From Chitinophagales bacterium (GTDB taxonomy: Bacteria > Bacteroidota > Bacteroidia > Chitinophagales > UBA10324): a stretch of 38,556 nt of DNA. The stretch spans positions 1 through 38,556 of the forward strand of contig JBDSEW010000353.1 of the NCBI GenBank assembly GCA_039919825.1, in the 5' to 3' direction. Below are positions 1 to 9,865 of the stretch, one piece after another. The translations under genes were made by a program, and so were the position numbers. Under the pieces are notes generated by a model. That model did not search any database. It was not told the DNA's origin and saw only the letters and a list, made by a program, of their open reading frames with translations. The first letter of the stretch is position 1, and each line of letters opens with the position of its first letter.

Positions 1-1
1 C

Positions 2-118
2 ACAGAAGCCCGTCAGAAATTAGCCAGGGTTAAACCAGCAACACTTGGTCAGGCGAGCCGGATAAGCGGTGTGTCACCAAGTGATATTTCGGTATTAATG
101 GTGTACATGGGAAGATAG
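2..118 (+). CDS. mnmG: 3' end of tRNA uridine 5-carboxymethylaminomethyl modification enzyme MnmG/GidA (partial; 5' end lies outside the window)
   Basis: Frame 2 reads [38 protein letters not shown], then TAG at 116-118. This is the conserved MnmG C-terminal region (..P.TLGQA.RI.GV.P.DI..). Confidence 0.8.
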   Translation, partial: TEARQKLARVKPATLGQASRISGVSPSDISVLMVYMGR

Positions 119-268
119 TTGATTAAAAGCCTGAATTTAAATAACCATTATGGTTTGATTATTAATTGTTTATAATTTTTGTAACTCTTGAAATATGAAT
201 TTGTATTATATCTTTTTTAATGTATCCCAATGGGCCGGAATTCATAATTCAACTGAAATGCTTGACTC

Positions 269-700
269 ATGATGTACCACTATAAACTAAAGTTTCCCCT
301 TCAAATCCGGTTTGTTGACCTGGATTCACTGGGTCATGTCAATAACTCAAACTATCTCACCTATTTCGAGATTGCTCGAATTCAGTATTTTGAAGAGATT
401 ATCGCTGAAGGAAGGGTGAACTGGAAAAAGGAAGGTATCATCCTTGCAAAGGCAATAATTGATTTCAGAGAACCCATAAGCACTTACCTCAATTATTTTA
501 TCTCCATCTGCTGCTCCCGCATAGGCACCAGGAGCTTCGACTTCAATTACCTGATTACAAAGGATGAAGGAAATGAATCAGTCATAATTGCTGAAGGGAC
601 TACCGTTATGGTGTGTTTCGATTACGAATCTCAGCAAACGATTACCATGAAAGCTGAATGGCGGGAGGCGATCAATAAGTTTGAGGGGAGAAAATTATAG
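269..700 (+). CDS. acyl-CoA thioesterase, 4HBT/YbgC hotdog-fold family
   Basis: 143 aa. The N-terminal RFVDLDSLGHVNNSNYLTYFE matches the hotdog thioesterase active-site region (D..GHV.N..Y). Confidence 0.8.
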   Translation: MMYHYKLKFPLQIRFVDLDSLGHVNNSNYLTYFEIARIQYFEEIIAEGRVNWKKEGIILAKAIIDFREPISTYLNYFISICCSRIGTRSFDFNYLITKDEGNESVIIAEGTTVMVCFDYESQQTITMKAEWREAINKFEGRKL

Positions 701-913
701 GATGGAAGTGCAGTTTCCTTGAACATAGTTCTGTCATAAATCACGAAGTGCATGGAGTTCTCCAATTTGTTTGATTGTCCTGATTTACTCCATGACTTTT
801 GGTACACCACCTATATTAGTCATTGATCCCCTAATCCACCGGCTTCTTAGCGGTAGCATAAAAACTAAAGCATTATCTTCAAATTCGCTTAATGGCCTAA
901 ACCAACTTACAAA

Positions 914-1531
914 ATGAAAAAGCTCCTTTTAGTATTTTTTGCAATAAGCGCTTTGTTGATGGGATGTGCAAAGATACCTATTGAGTCGGTTCAGCTGAGC
1001 GACGCAATTATGATGGAAGGTACGCGCATGCACCATGCCAATATCGGTTTGCTAAATGATCTCTTTAATGAAAACAAACAACAGGTGAGTGATTTTATTG
1101 TAAAGGATTACCTACCTGAACTGGTCAAAAACTTTTCTGCAATGGTAGCACCTGAAGATATTAATGCCGCCAATCTTCCTGATATATTGCTTGCAATTAT
1201 TCCCCAGATCACGGAACGACGCGACGCCATGATACAGGCGTTGGAAGAGCAACGGCTAAAACTGGAAAGCAAGATGAATGCTGAATACCAGGTGTACTAC
1301 GATGCATCTATAACCCTACGCAGCTTGCTGCAGTCTGCGGCTGAAGTGGATAAAGAAAGAGCAGCGCTGAATGACCGGATAAAACAGCTCAGTGGCGAAA
1401 AAATTGATTTGAACAAGATTGAACATACCATAGATGAATTTATCACGAAGGCTGGAAGCCCTGACAGCATCCAGGGTGCCATCCTTGACCTCGATACCAG
1501 GATCACCGAAATCCTTAATCAACAAAAATGA
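914..1531 (+). CDS. hypothetical lipoprotein (helical / coiled-coil-like)
   Basis: MKKLLLVFFAISALLMGC is a signal peptide with a lipobox Cys. I recognise no family motif. Confidence 0.6.
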   Translation: MKKLLLVFFAISALLMGCAKIPIESVQLSDAIMMEGTRMHHANIGLLNDLFNENKQQVSDFIVKDYLPELVKNFSAMVAPEDINAANLPDILLAIIPQITERRDAMIQALEEQRLKLESKMNAEYQVYYDASITLRSLLQSAAEVDKERAALNDRIKQLSGEKIDLNKIEHTIDEFITKAGSPDSIQGAILDLDTRITEILNQQK

Positions 1532-1535
1532 AGCT

Positions 1536-1802
1536 ATGCCCGACTTTAAAAAAATAGCAGAAGCCGCTGCGGCAAAAACAGATGAACAATTTGCAGAAAA
1601 AATTTCCAGTCTCATACGGTTGCATGGCCCCGAGTTACTTGAGCTAATGGATGAAACGGGTATTGACCGCACTGCTTTATCACAGGTGCTCAATGTGTTG
1701 CAGAAGACCACCCTTTCGAACCAGCAAAAGGCTGAAGCCATCAAAAAGGTAAATAACGGACTGGGTTTTTTGATCGGTGTTTCAGAAAAGCTTTTGTTGT
1801 AA
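1536..1802 (+). CDS. hypothetical small protein (88 aa), coupled to the upstream lipoprotein gene
   Basis: The track ORF 1434..1802 overlaps the lipoprotein gene. The internal ATG at 1536 lies 4 nt after the lipoprotein TGA (tga agct atg). The product starts MPDFKKIAEAAAAK. Confidence 0.5.
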   Translation: MPDFKKIAEAAAAKTDEQFAEKISSLIRLHGPELLELMDETGIDRTALSQVLNVLQKTTLSNQQKAEAIKKVNNGLGFLIGVSEKLLL

Positions 1803-2027
1803 CAAGGATATTGGGTTTCTCACTCCAATCAAGGCAAAGGAAAAATATCTTTTGGAGAATACCTGCTATTTGAATTAAGGGTATTTTATAGTTGCTGGTG
1901 CCAAATAAAATTTCAGCAGGGAGCAATAGAAGGTTTTTAATTTGCGCAGGACATTTTATAACCAGTCAAAGTAATGATAAGTATGCAAGTTTTATCTTCG
2001 CAAATCTTTTAATAACCCGCATCAATA

Positions 2028-2792
2028 ATGCCTACTACCATCTTCATCACTGGTGCTACCTCAGGTTTCGGTTACGCCATTGCCCGCATATTTGCGCAGC
2101 ACCAATACCGCATCGTCATCACTGGTAGAAGAACAGAAAGGCTGCAGGCTGTAGCGGAGAAATTAAGAAAAGAGTTTAATGTTAAAGTACTTGCACTCAA
2201 TTTTGATGTTCGTGACAAGAATACCGTAAATAGTGCTATAGCATCAATGCCGGACGAATGGAAAAACAACATTGACATTCTTATCAACAATGCGGGTTTG
2301 GCTGCTGGATTGGATTTGATTCAGGATGGCTCGACTGAGGATTGGGATCAGATGATAGATACGAATGTGAAAGGATTGCTGTATGTGACCAAAGCAATTG
2401 TTCCATTTATGATTGCGAATCAGCAGGGTCATATTTTCAACATGGGTTCACTTGCAGCAAAAAATGTTTATGAAAAGGGAAATGTTTATTGCGCATCTAA
2501 GTTTGCAGTGGATGCCCTCTCACAAAGTATGCGCATCGATTTGCTGAAGCACCGCATTAAAGTAACCACCATTCATCCGGGTGCAGTTGAAACAGAATTT
2601 TCCAATGTTCGCTTTAAAGGAGATGAAGAAAGAGCAAATGCGGTTTATAAAGGTTATCAGCCATTGGTAGCGGATGATATTGCAAACGTTGTTTTTTACT
2701 GTGCAACGCTTCCGGCACATGTCTGTATCAATGAGCTATTAATTTCTCCTGTTGCACAGGCCAATCCATTTTATCTGGATAGAAAGGTTTAA
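2028..2792 (+). CDS. short-chain dehydrogenase/reductase (YdfG-like NADP-dependent 3-hydroxy acid dehydrogenase type)
   Basis: TGATSGFG cofactor loop, NNAG, and a YCASK catalytic Y..K motif; 254 aa. Confidence 0.85.
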   Translation: MPTTIFITGATSGFGYAIARIFAQHQYRIVITGRRTERLQAVAEKLRKEFNVKVLALNFDVRDKNTVNSAIASMPDEWKNNIDILINNAGLAAGLDLIQDGSTEDWDQMIDTNVKGLLYVTKAIVPFMIANQQGHIFNMGSLAAKNVYEKGNVYCASKFAVDALSQSMRIDLLKHRIKVTTIHPGAVETEFSNVRFKGDEERANAVYKGYQPLVADDIANVVFYCATLPAHVCINELLISPVAQANPFYLDRKV

Positions 2793-2834
2793 AATCTCCT
2801 ATCTTCAATTGACAATTCAGTAAGTAATAATCTC

Positions 2835-4058
2835 ATGCGCATTCTGCACACTGCTGACTGGCACCTTGGTAAACGCCTTGAAAATTTCTCCCGGTTAAAC
2901 GAGCAGGAAGAAGTGCTGGAAGAGATCTGCAATATTGCAGAACAGCAGGCGGTAGATGTAGTCTTAATTGCAGGTGATCTGTTCGATACATTCAATCCGT
3001 CCACAGAAGCGGTTGAATTGTTTTACAAAACTGTAAAACGCCTTGCCAATAACGGATCACGTGCAGTTGTTGCCATTGCAGGAAATCATGACTCACCCGA
3101 ACGCATCGAAGCGCCTGATCCGCTCGCACGTGAATGTGGAATTATCTTCGCTGGTTTTCCAAATTCCATAGTCAAACCATTTTCAATCAAAAATGGAATT
3201 GAAGTAACAAAAAGCGATACCGGCTTTTTAGAATTAAAACTTCCCTTGTCTGATTTTCCCCTGCGGTTGTTATTGACTCCTTATGCCAGTGAATTGAGAT
3301 TGAAATCATTTTTTGGTACGGATGATACAGAAGTAGCTTTGCGAAAACTTTTGCAACAACACTGGCAGCAGTTGGCTGCAACCTACTGCGATGAAGAGGG
3401 AGTAAATATGCTGGTGGCACATCTTTACCTGATGAAAAAAGATGCGCCTGCTCCGGAAGAACCGGATGACGAAAAACCGATTCTTCATTTGGGCGGAGCA
3501 CAGGCTATCTATTCAGAAAATATTCCTTCGCATTTGCAGTATGTTGCACTCGGCCATCTTCACCGCAAACAAGTGATAGATATTAGCCCTTGCCCGGTAA
3601 TTTATAGCAGCAGCCCGCTGGCATATAGTTTCAGTGAAGCCAATCAGCAGAAATATGTAATGCTGATTGATGCTTCGCCAGCAGCAAGTGTTAAGATTCA
3701 GGAAATTCCATTAAAGAAAGGGAAACGCCTGTTGCGATTTCGTTCTGAAAAAATATCGGATGCAATTGACTGGCTGAAAGAGCACCGGGATGCATTGGTT
3801 GAAATTACGATGGTGATGGAAAATTTTCTGACGGCCGAAGAAAGGAAGCAGTTGTATGCTGTTCATCCTTTCATCATCAACATTATTCCTGAAGTAAAGA
3901 ATGGAATGTCAGAAAACAAGGTGACTGCCAATCCCGATATCACTAAAAATATCAACGAGCTGTTCAACGATTATTTTAAACACCGTACTGGTCAGCAGCC
4001 TAATGAAAATATTTTAAACCTGTTTAAAGAACTGCTTGCGGCAGACGAGCGTGTATGA
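2835..4058 (+). CDS. sbcD: exonuclease SbcCD, nuclease subunit D (Mre11-like)
   Basis: MRILHTADWHLGK, GDLFD and GNHD phosphoesterase motifs. The stop overlaps the sbcC start (ATGA at 4055-4058). Confidence 0.9.
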   Translation: MRILHTADWHLGKRLENFSRLNEQEEVLEEICNIAEQQAVDVVLIAGDLFDTFNPSTEAVELFYKTVKRLANNGSRAVVAIAGNHDSPERIEAPDPLARECGIIFAGFPNSIVKPFSIKNGIEVTKSDTGFLELKLPLSDFPLRLLLTPYASELRLKSFFGTDDTEVALRKLLQQHWQQLAATYCDEEGVNMLVAHLYLMKKDAPAPEEPDDEKPILHLGGAQAIYSENIPSHLQYVALGHLHRKQVIDISPCPVIYSSSPLAYSFSEANQQKYVMLIDASPAASVKIQEIPLKKGKRLLRFRSEKISDAIDWLKEHRDALVEITMVMENFLTAEERKQLYAVHPFIINIIPEVKNGMSENKVTANPDITKNINELFNDYFKHRTGQQPNENILNLFKELLAADERV

Positions 4059-7000
4059 TACCTGTCAGTCTCACATTGCAGGGGATATATTCCTATCAGC
4101 AAAAGCAAACCGTCAATTTTGAGCCGCTTACCAACGCCGGAATATTCGGCATTTTCGGATCGGTAGGAAGTGGCAAGTCCACTATCCTGGAAGCTATCTC
4201 ATTTGCTTTATACGGGGAAACAGAACGTTTGCACAAGAGAGATGACCGGGCATATAATATGATGAACCTGAAATCAAAAGAAATGAATATTGATTTCATT
4301 TTTAAAACGGGAGCGAATGCTCAGGAATATCGCTTTGTGGTTAAGGGAAAACGCAACAACCGGAATTTTGATAAAGTAACTACCCTTGACCGGACAGCTT
4401 ACAAAAAAGTAAATGCGGGCTGGGAACCCATCAATGTAAATTCCACAGAAGATATTTTACAACTGAGCTATGAAAATTTCCGTCGTACGATAATTATTCC
4501 ACAAGGCAAATTCCAGGAATTTCTGGAACTTACCGATACCGAGCGCACGCGGATGATGAAGGAACTTTTTCATCTTCAGAAATTTGAGTTATCAGATAAT
4601 GTATCCGTGATTGAACAGCGCACCAATGAACAACGCATTCGCCTTGAAGAGCGCATTCAGCATACGGGAGTGACTACGCCAGAAGAACTTTCAGCAAAAG
4701 AAAATGAGTTGACACTGATCCGTGAACATCTGAAAAGCAATCAATTGATGATTACGGAAAAGAAAAGAACGGAACAGTTGTTTGCACAATTAAAAAATCA
4801 ATTTCTGCGTATTGCAGAACAGCGTGAAGCCTTTCGTCTCCTTCAGCAGCAGGAACCTGAAATGAATACGCTTGAGCAACGGATCAACAGGTATGAATTC
4901 TGTCACTTGCATTTTAAACCGCTATTCGACAGAAGAAAAGAACTCCAACAGGATACAGCTAAACAAACGATTCTTTTAGATCAGCAAAAGCAGTTGCAGC
5001 AGGAAAAAGAGCAGGAATTGGGCATAAAGGAAAAGCAATATCCTGAAGTGAAGAAGGCGTTTGAAAACAGACCGCAGCTTAAGGAACGAAGCGACGAATT
5101 AGAGAAAATAATACTCCTGAATAAAATGGAACAGGATATGAAAATCATTATTGCGCGATTGGAGAAAGGGATGATATTCATACAAACGGTTGAAGAGGAA
5201 ATTGCAGCGCTGCAGCAACAACAGGTTGATTTAACAAAGCATTTAAAGAAACAAAAAGCTCAGCTTCCTGACCTGGTAGAGCTTTCGGCAATCAGCAATT
5301 GGTTTGTACAAAAGAATGCGTTGTCCTCCATTATTGAAAATACTATCAATGAACAGAAAACGCTAAAAGAAAAATCAAAACAGTTTTTGGAAAGCAGACA
5401 GGCAGTGTTTTCTCCGGCCTTAAAAAAAATTGTACCTGAAGCTAAAGCTGATGAACCAGGAATGCTGATCGATCAATTAAAATCCGCTCTTCTATCTTCT
5501 GAACGGTTATTGCAAAATAAAGAAGATGAACTTCAGCACGTACTGCTGCAACAGGAATTGGAAGAGTATGCAACTCAATTGAAACCGGGTGAACCCTGTC
5601 CACTATGCGGAGCGATAGATCATCCGCAAATTCTTTCTGCTTCAGATGTAAAGGCAGCCGTTAAAAAAGTAAAAACAGCAAAAGAGGTACTGCAAAAAAA
5701 CAATACACTCCTGTCAAAAACCATCCGGGAACTTGAGATGATTGAAAGCACTGAAACGGCGTTGTCTAATCAATTGAAGGAACTACAGCAGCGACAGGTA
5801 AAAGAAGAAGCGGTATTGCAGGAATATGATGTTAAGTTTATCTGGAGGTCCTATAGCAGTGATGATGATAGGGTAATAACCAAGCTATTTGCTCAAGCGA
5901 GGATTGATCAAAAAGTAATCAGGGAAACAGAAACTCAACTTGAAGCAATTGAAAAGCAACTAAAGGAAAAAGCGGTTCTTAAAGAAACCGGTAAAAACAC
6001 AATCGATGATCTGAATATTAAACTGTCTGCCCATCATGCTCAGATTGATTTGCTGAAGGGTCAGTTAAAAGTATTGCGCATTGATGAGTACGTATCAGCA
6101 GATATGGCTGTGCTGAAGGAGGAGATCAGGCAATTAACAGAAGGGTATGCTGCTGCAGAAGTAAATTATCGGACTCTTGATCAGCAGGTTCAGCAACTTC
6201 GTAAAGCAACAGGTGAATTAAGCGGTGTAATTTCTGCCGGTCAAAATGCCCTTCGACAAGCCATGAAGATTATGACAGATACAGAGGATAGAATTTTATT
6301 GCTATCAAAAGAATCAGGGTTTAAAGAAACAGATATAGTAGAATTACTCACTACCAATCTGAATATCGAACGTTCAAAAAATTCACTCAAATTATTTCAG
6401 CAACAATTTCATACTGCCAGGCAAATGCTGGAAGAAAGTGAAAGGGATACTGCAGGCAAAATCTATGATCAGGCGGAACATCAGGAATTGAGTGAGGAAA
6501 TTGCTAAGGCAACAATCTTGATGGAACAGCAGGTGCAACAAAATGCAGATATTTCAGCAGCATTAAATCAGGCTAAGCAAAATCTTGAACAGCGGGCTCT
6601 CTTAACTAAACAGCTAAACGAGGTGTTGTTGCGCTCCGCTGATATCGCTACCTTGAAGAATTTATTCAAAGCAAGCGGATTCGTAAATTATGTTTCTGCT
6701 GTTCATTTGCAGCAACTGTGCAATGCTGCCAACGAGCGATTCTACAAGCTCACGCGACAGAAATTGAGATTGGAAGTGAGTGATAGCAACAATTTCCTCG
6801 TCCGCGATTTTATGAACAACGGTCAGCTGAGAAGTGTGAAAACACTTTCTGGAGGGCAGAAATTTCAGGCAGCTTTATCACTCGCTCTCGCATTGGCCGA
6901 CAGTATTCAGATTCATTCTCAGTCTAAACAGAATTTCTTTTTTCTCGATGAAGGATTTGGTTCACTGGATAACGAATCACTGGCAATGGTGTTTGAAACA

Positions 7001-7135
7001 CTTCGGTCACTCAGAAAAGAAAATCGTATCGTGGGCATTATCTCTCACGTGCATGAAATGCAACAGGAAATTGATACCTGTTTGACTATTGTGAATGAGG
7101 AGGAAGAAGGCAGTAGAGTGGAAGCAAGCTGGTGA
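4055..7135 (+). CDS. sbcC: exonuclease SbcCD, ATPase subunit C (Rad50-like SMC protein)
   Basis: Walker A GSVGSGKST, a long coiled coil with a central CPLCG zinc hook, LSGGQKF signature, Walker B FFFLDEGFGSLD, and H-loop ISHV. Confidence 0.9.
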   Translation: MIPVSLTLQGIYSYQQKQTVNFEPLTNAGIFGIFGSVGSGKSTILEAISFALYGETERLHKRDDRAYNMMNLKSKEMNIDFIFKTGANAQEYRFVVKGKRNNRNFDKVTTLDRTAYKKVNAGWEPINVNSTEDILQLSYENFRRTIIIPQGKFQEFLELTDTERTRMMKELFHLQKFELSDNVSVIEQRTNEQRIRLEERIQHTGVTTPEELSAKENELTLIREHLKSNQLMITEKKRTEQLFAQLKNQFLRIAEQREAFRLLQQQEPEMNTLEQRINRYEFCHLHFKPLFDRRKELQQDTAKQTILLDQQKQLQQEKEQELGIKEKQYPEVKKAFENRPQLKERSDELEKIILLNKMEQDMKIIIARLEKGMIFIQTVEEEIAALQQQQVDLTKHLKKQKAQLPDLVELSAISNWFVQKNALSSIIENTINEQKTLKEKSKQFLESRQAVFSPALKKIVPEAKADEPGMLIDQLKSALLSSERLLQNKEDELQHVLLQQELEEYATQLKPGEPCPLCGAIDHPQILSASDVKAAVKKVKTAKEVLQKNNTLLSKTIRELEMIESTETALSNQLKELQQRQVKEEAVLQEYDVKFIWRSYSSDDDRVITKLFAQARIDQKVIRETETQLEAIEKQLKEKAVLKETGKNTIDDLNIKLSAHHAQIDLLKGQLKVLRIDEYVSADMAVLKEEIRQLTEGYAAAEVNYRTLDQQVQQLRKATGELSGVISAGQNALRQAMKIMTDTEDRILLLSKESGFKETDIVELLTTNLNIERSKNSLKLFQQQFHTARQMLEESERDTAGKIYDQAEHQELSEEIAKATILMEQQVQQNADISAALNQAKQNLEQRALLTKQLNEVLLRSADIATLKNLFKASGFVNYVSAVHLQQLCNAANERFYKLTRQKLRLEVSDSNNFLVRDFMNNGQLRSVKTLSGGQKFQAALSLALALADSIQIHSQSKQNFFFLDEGFGSLDNESLAMVFETLRSLRKENRIVGIISHVHEMQQEIDTCLTIVNEEEEGSRVEASW

Positions 7136-7217
7136 GGTGCTGGAAGAAAATTTTCTTTAAAATATCATTTGTGCTTATCTTGATTCCTGTTTACTAATTC
7201 CTCAAATTTGAATTACC

Positions 7218-8531
7218 ATGTCATCACGCCGCCGCTTTCTCAAACAATCAGGGACTGCACTGCTTGCTTCTGTAAGTGTTCCTGCATTTTCATCTAACGT
7301 AAGTCTCAACGAAATCACTGCTGCAATGAAACCCCATGCACATCTTTCTGCGGAAGATTTTGCTATGGAGGAAGATTTCTGGGCATTGATTCGGGAAGCC
7401 TATACTGTTTCTGCAACCATCATCAACCTTAACAATGGTGGAGTAAGCCCTCAAACACGTCATGTGCAGGAGATGCAGTATAAGTACATTCAGATGAGTA
7501 ATGAGGCGCCAAGCTATTACATGTGGCATGTACTCGATCAGGGACGGGAACCATTGCGACAGAAATTAGCTGACCTTGCCGGCTGTGATCCTGAAGAAAT
7601 TGCCATCAATAGAAATGCAACGGAAGCGTTGGAAACGGTCATCTTCGGACTCAATCTTAAAGCAGGGGATGAAGTTATTCTTACTAAACAGGATTATCCT
7701 AATATGATACATGCCTGGGAACAACGGAAACAGCGTGATGGTATTAAACTTGTTTGGCTGAACCTTGAATTGCCAAAGGAAAACGATGACTATTTCGTGC
7801 AACAGTTTTCAAATGCTGTAACCGGCAAAACAAAAGTGGTGCACGTAACGCATAGGATCAACTGGAATGGACAGATTCAACCGGTGAAAAAAATTGCGGA
7901 TGCTGTCAGGAAGAAAAATCCGGCGATTGAGGTGATCTCGGACTCTGCACACACCTTCGGGCATTTCGATTACAAGATTCCTGACCTGGGTTGTGATTAC
8001 TGGGGCACCAGCTTGCATAAATGGCTATGTGCTCCCTTTGGTACTGGCCTGCTTGGGGTCAGGAAGGAAAAGATTTCGGGTATCTGGCCACTGTTTGCCA
8101 ACGGAGATCCTCAAAGTGCCGATATCAGGAAGTTTGAAGCTCAGGGCACCCGCTCTTTCCCCGCAGAACAGGCAATCGCTTATGCAGTTGATTTTCACAA
8201 TGTGATGGGCTCCCAACGCAAGGAAGCGCGGCTGCGCTATTTGAAAAATTATTGGACAGAAAAAGTAAAAGCAGTACCCAAAGTTAAATTACATACTTCA
8301 CTGAAAGATGAGTATTCCTGTGCTATATGTGGTGTTTCAGTTGAAGGTGTACCAACTTTGGCTACCGTGGAATTTCTTTTCAATAAATATAAAATTCACA
8401 CGGTGAATATTGAATGGGAAAATATCAAATGCGTTCGGGTAACACCGCATGTGTATACGTCTTTAAAGGACCTGGATAAACTGGTTGTTGCATTAAAAGC
8501 CCTTGCCGAAAACGGAACGGGTAAACCGTAG
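7218..8531 (+). CDS. class-V aminotransferase / cysteine-desulfurase-like PLP enzyme with a twin-arginine signal
   Basis: The N-terminus SRRRFLKQSGTALLASVSVPAFS matches the Tat consensus S-R-R-x-F-L-K. GTSLHKW is a class-V S.HK PLP-lysine motif. Confidence 0.8.
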   Translation: MSSRRRFLKQSGTALLASVSVPAFSSNVSLNEITAAMKPHAHLSAEDFAMEEDFWALIREAYTVSATIINLNNGGVSPQTRHVQEMQYKYIQMSNEAPSYYMWHVLDQGREPLRQKLADLAGCDPEEIAINRNATEALETVIFGLNLKAGDEVILTKQDYPNMIHAWEQRKQRDGIKLVWLNLELPKENDDYFVQQFSNAVTGKTKVVHVTHRINWNGQIQPVKKIADAVRKKNPAIEVISDSAHTFGHFDYKIPDLGCDYWGTSLHKWLCAPFGTGLLGVRKEKISGIWPLFANGDPQSADIRKFEAQGTRSFPAEQAIAYAVDFHNVMGSQRKEARLRYLKNYWTEKVKAVPKVKLHTSLKDEYSCAICGVSVEGVPTLATVEFLFNKYKIHTVNIEWENIKCVRVTPHVYTSLKDLDKLVVALKALAENGTGKP

Positions 8532-8615
8532 AGACGCAACACTTCGCGTTTCAGAAAAGACTGGAAACATCGCATTTCACAAAAGACGCGATGCATCGCG
8601 TCTCTACGATGCATA
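8527..8615. repeat. REP-like palindromic element pair
   Basis: A perfect 20-nt palindrome agacgcgatgcatcgcgtct lies at 8584-8603. cgtagagacgc (8527-8537) is the exact reverse complement of gcgtctctacg (8598-8608). An imperfect copy gagacgcaacacttcgcgtttc lies at 8531-8552. Confidence 0.6.
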
Positions 8616-8623
8616 AAAAAAAA

Positions 8624-8651
8624 TCCGTCACCAGGCGAACCTGATGACGGA
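8624..8651. terminator. bidirectional intrinsic terminator between the convergent PLP-enzyme gene and rplT
   Basis: tccgtcaccagg-cgaa-cctgatgacgga forms a stem with one mismatch. It is flanked by an A9 run upstream and atattttt downstream, so each strand sees a U-tract. Confidence 0.7.
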
Positions 8652-8669
8652 GGTATATTTTTGAAACGA

Positions 8670-9014
8670 CTATTTCACTGATGCTACGATCGCCTTGAAT
8701 GCAGGCGCATCATTCATCGCAAGGTCAGCAAGTGTCTTACGATTTAACGTCACATTGCCGTTCTTGAGCTTTGAAATGAAAACGGAATAGCTCATTCCTT
8801 CTTCACGAATAGCAGCATTGATGCGGGCAATCCATAAAGCACGGTAATCACGCTTTTTCTGTTTTCTTCCCTGGTAAGCATACACCATTGATTTCTCAAC
8901 GGCATTCTTGGCTACAGAGGTTACGTTTTTTCGTTTACCGAAATATCCTTTTGCCTGGCTGAACATCCGCTTGCGGCGGGCACGGGAGGCAACACTATTT
9001 ACTGAACGTGGCAT
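8670..9014 (-). CDS. rplT: 50S ribosomal protein L20
   Basis: [26 protein letters not shown] is the canonical L20 N-terminus. It is the last gene of the thrS-infC-rpmI-rplT cluster. Confidence 0.95.
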   Translation of the reverse strand: MPRSVNSVASRARRKRMFSQAKGYFGKRKNVTSVAKNAVEKSMVYAYQGRKQKKRDYRALWIARINAAIREEGMSYSVFISKLKNGNVTLNRKTLADLAMNDAPAFKAIVASVK

Positions 9015-9035
9015 GTTTCAAAATTTAAAAAAAAG

Positions 9036-9230
9036 TCAGATCAAGAGCATTTTCTTCACATTTCCCATATTGGTAGAGTCAACCAACCCGGATTTTCCGA
9101 GTTGCTTCTTCCTGTCATGGGCCTTCTTGGTGAGAATATGGCGCTTGTAGGCTTTCTTACGTTTTACTTTTCCGGTGCCGGTAAGCGAGAAACGCTTCTT
9201 GGCACTGGAATTTGTCTTCATTTTAGGCAT
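9036..9230 (-). CDS. rpmI: 50S ribosomal protein L35
   Basis: [33 protein letters not shown] is a canonical L35 sequence; 64 aa. Confidence 0.95.
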   Translation of the reverse strand: MPKMKTNSSAKKRFSLTGTGKVKRKKAYKRHILTKKAHDRKKQLGKSGLVDSTNMGNVKKMLLI

Positions 9231-9322
9231 TACTGCAAAATTAGGGACGGCAAAGATAGTAATATTCTCTTCACAAGGAAGAAATCAGGTAAATATTCTT
9301 GGAAAAGGAACTGGACAGGGGA

Positions 9323-9865
9323 CTACTTTCCCTTGTGTGACTTTGGATTCAGTAAAATAGACATCCGGTTGCCTTCCAGTTTGGGAAGTTGTTCGAGTGT
9401 GCCTACTTCAGTCAGCCGTTCTACAAATTTTAGGAGAAGCAACTCGCCGCGTTCTTTGAAAAGAATGGTCCTTCCCCGGAACTGCACATATGCCTTTACT
9501 TTAGCACCTTCCTGTAAAAAGCGCTCTGCATGACGGGTCTTAAATTCGAAATCATGTTCATCGGTATTGGAGGTAAAGCGAATCTCTTTTAAGATGCTTT
9601 TTACCGCCTTGGCCTTCATCTCTTTTTCTTTCCGTTTCTTATCGTAGAGGAATTTATTATAGTCGATAATACGGCAAACCGGCGGACTTGCAGTAGCTGC
9701 AATTTCCACCAAGTCGAGGCCCTGCTCTTCGGCCATGGTAAGTGCTTCGCGGGAAGTGAATACGCCATTCGGAACATTATCTCCCACTAATCTTACCTGT
9801 GGGGCATGCACCAGGCGGTTGATGCGGTGTTCAAGTTCTCTTGGTTTTCTGCGGTCTAATGCCAA
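9323..9865 (-). CDS. infC: translation initiation factor IF-3 (non-ATG start: TTG at 9865 or ATT at 9874)
   Basis: ..HRIN....VRLVGDN.., the DYNKFLY..KRKEKE linker, and a C-terminal FRGRTILFKE region. There is no ATG between the upstream stop (9932-9934) and the conserved N-terminus. Confidence 0.9.
   Translation of the reverse strand: MALDRRKPRELEHRINRLVHAPQVRLVGDNVPNGVFTSREALTMAEEQGLDLVEIAATASPPVCRIIDYNKFLYDKKRKEKEMKAKAVKSILKEIRFTSNTDEHDFEFKTRHAERFLQEGAKVKAYVQFRGRTILFKERGELLLLKFVERLTEVGTLEQLPKLEGNRMSILLNPKSHKGK

Noticed and set aside
1297-1744. Antisense ORFs inside well-supported genes. Examples are 1297..1506 and 1316..1744 here, plus 9102..9533, 10309..10590, 11464..11997, 14125..14743, 15868..16113, 26230..26499, 27538..27783, 28734..29072 and 35090..35401.
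   Set aside because: Each lies wholly within, and antisense or out of frame to, a gene with strong family motifs. Their products are low-complexity or motif-less, as typical shadow ORFs are.
2835-7135. SbcD/SbcC pair as a candidate phage-defence SMC/nuclease system
   Set aside because: The architecture is exactly canonical housekeeping SbcCD: Mre11 motifs, a Rad50-type ATPase with a CPLCG zinc hook, and overlapping ATGA coupling. It sits among core genes with normal composition, and no extra partner genes are present.
7144-7157. AT-only palindrome aagaaaattttctt after sbcC as a terminator
   Set aside because: It has no loop and only a single G:C pair (g7146-c7155) in an otherwise A/T stem. 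It would not form a stable terminator hairpin.
8396-8614. Minus-strand 72-aa ORF (MHRRDAMHRVFCEM...)
   Set aside because: It overlaps the 3' end of the PLP-enzyme gene, and the rest is a read-through of the REP-like palindromes (RDAMHRV is the translated palindrome). It is a translation artefact of a repeat.
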